Positions 62,846 through 64,000 of a stretch of DNA of 64,000 nucleotides are shown here, one piece after another. Both the position numbers and the translations under genes were made by a program. The stretch lies in NCBI GenBank assembly GCA_051362555.1, contig CM120647.1:19134651-19198650 (forward strand), in the 5' to 3' direction. The notes under the pieces were generated by a model. That model saw only the letters and a list, made by a program, of their open reading frames with translations. It was not told where the DNA came from and made no database searches. The stretch comes from Lingula anatina (taxonomy: Eukaryota; Animalia; Brachiopoda). Within the stretch, counting starts at the first letter, position 1. Each line of letters opens with the position of its first letter.

Positions 62846-63794
62846 TGCGAGCACACACACACACACACATGCATACATAAGATTGCGTTTGAATAATTAA
62901 AACTGTACATAACAAACATACAACACGATGAAAAATTATATAACGAAAACAATTAATGAAATGAATGCATACTAGCGTAGAAATACAGCATTTACATGTT
63001 ATAAGGGTTAGATTACTACTAGTCGCTTTTCACTCTGCAGAAATTCCTGCCCGTGGTCCATTTTAAATTTTGTTTTCTCTGACTCAATATCGGAAAGCCC
63101 CAGCCCAAGCAAATTCAGGTACCAACAGTGACGAATATTCATTTTGGCACAACTCTGTTTATTGTTATTTTTATAAATTATTAATCAACTTGAATTATTT
63201 GGTAATTTCTCATTTTAGGTTTTGCCTCCTCTTTAAGAGGACTAACGGAAGAAGGATGGGTTTCTGTCAACAATGGTAACACGACCAGGCTTCTCAATCT
63301 AATTTACAACTTACCCCCGCTTGACGCCCCATTTCGGACACCTCTTATGGCCCTAAAGATTACCAAGCCATATTATCCCCGTCGCCATGGGCAACAGGAC
63401 GCCAAAGACCGCATGCGCACCAGCGAAGACCCCCCAGGGCCCGTCCGGCTTGGCGTTCGCCTCGTCTCTTCTTACCTTAGTATTGACAAACGATTCGATT
63501 TTAAAAGAAAATCAAAAGTTCACAAAAGCGACAAACTGATGTGCACACCGTTTGAATATTGGATACCAAAATGCTGGCATAAGTCACAACGACCTTAGGT
63601 GGCGACAGTTGGTTTTATATAGAACAACGTTCAGCAAGATACACATGAGAGCAAATAGGAGCAATTCAATTATTATGATAAAAGTTTGCACTATAATCAT
63701 TGTGATTTACTTGTTTTGCTTGTAACCTAATGCAAAAAACAACCAGAGACATTCGATTTAGATAACGAAAGATCTAATCCATTATTACTGGCCT

Positions 63795-63831
63795 TCCTGA
63801 GCAAAATGAAAAGTTTGCAGCAAAGTTGCAA
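63795..63831 (+). mobile_element. Solo left terminus of the same CACTA family
   Basis: TCCTGAGCAAAATGAAAAGTTTGCAGCAAAGTTGCAA versus CCCTTAGCAAAATGAAAAGTTTGCAGCAAACTTGCAA at 46042 (3 mismatches in 37). Confidence 0.7.
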
Positions 63832-64000
63832 TCGTTTTTCTTGAGCCTGACTATGCCAAAGTATTTGGTTATATGTTCCAGTATCCGTATGGCATCAAAG
63901 TTATTGTTGAGCAAAAATGTTCATCAGCTTAGGAGATTGATGATACTATATGATAATAATAAGGTTACTGCACACAAACTAGATATTTAACTCCAAGTTT

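Overview
AT-rich, microsatellite-laden eukaryotic DNA with spliceosomal GT-AG introns. It is most likely a marine invertebrate (lophotrochozoan/mollusc-like; inferred). Main content: (1) a single-coding-exon Di-Ras/Rhes-like small GTPase (+, 3645-4262) with no CaaX box. (2) A head-to-tail array of four paralogous 4-exon genes (- strand, 6.8-38.9 kb), reconstructed here with consistent splice phases 1-0-0. They encode ~590-610 aa proteins with a signal peptide, a somatomedin-B-like domain, a Ser/Thr linker, two Cys-rich KNxxCxxC modules and a C-terminal hydrophobic tail resembling a GPI signal. This resembles the ectodomain of invertebrate SMB-containing class-B/adhesion-type GPCRs but lacks the 7TM part. 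The array shows a recent tandem duplication, one copy with a single nonsense codon, near-identical patches between distant copies, and hypervariable loops. (3) Many transposons: a 9.6-kb CACTA/EnSpm-like element carrying a decayed transposase and a divergent spliced accessory gene (Tudor-like and BEN-like pieces), a decayed Tc1 (DD34E), a P-like element with a 211-bp tandem array, Harbinger-type MITEs and L2 LINE fragments. All family assignments come from motif recognition by eye; no database search was run.
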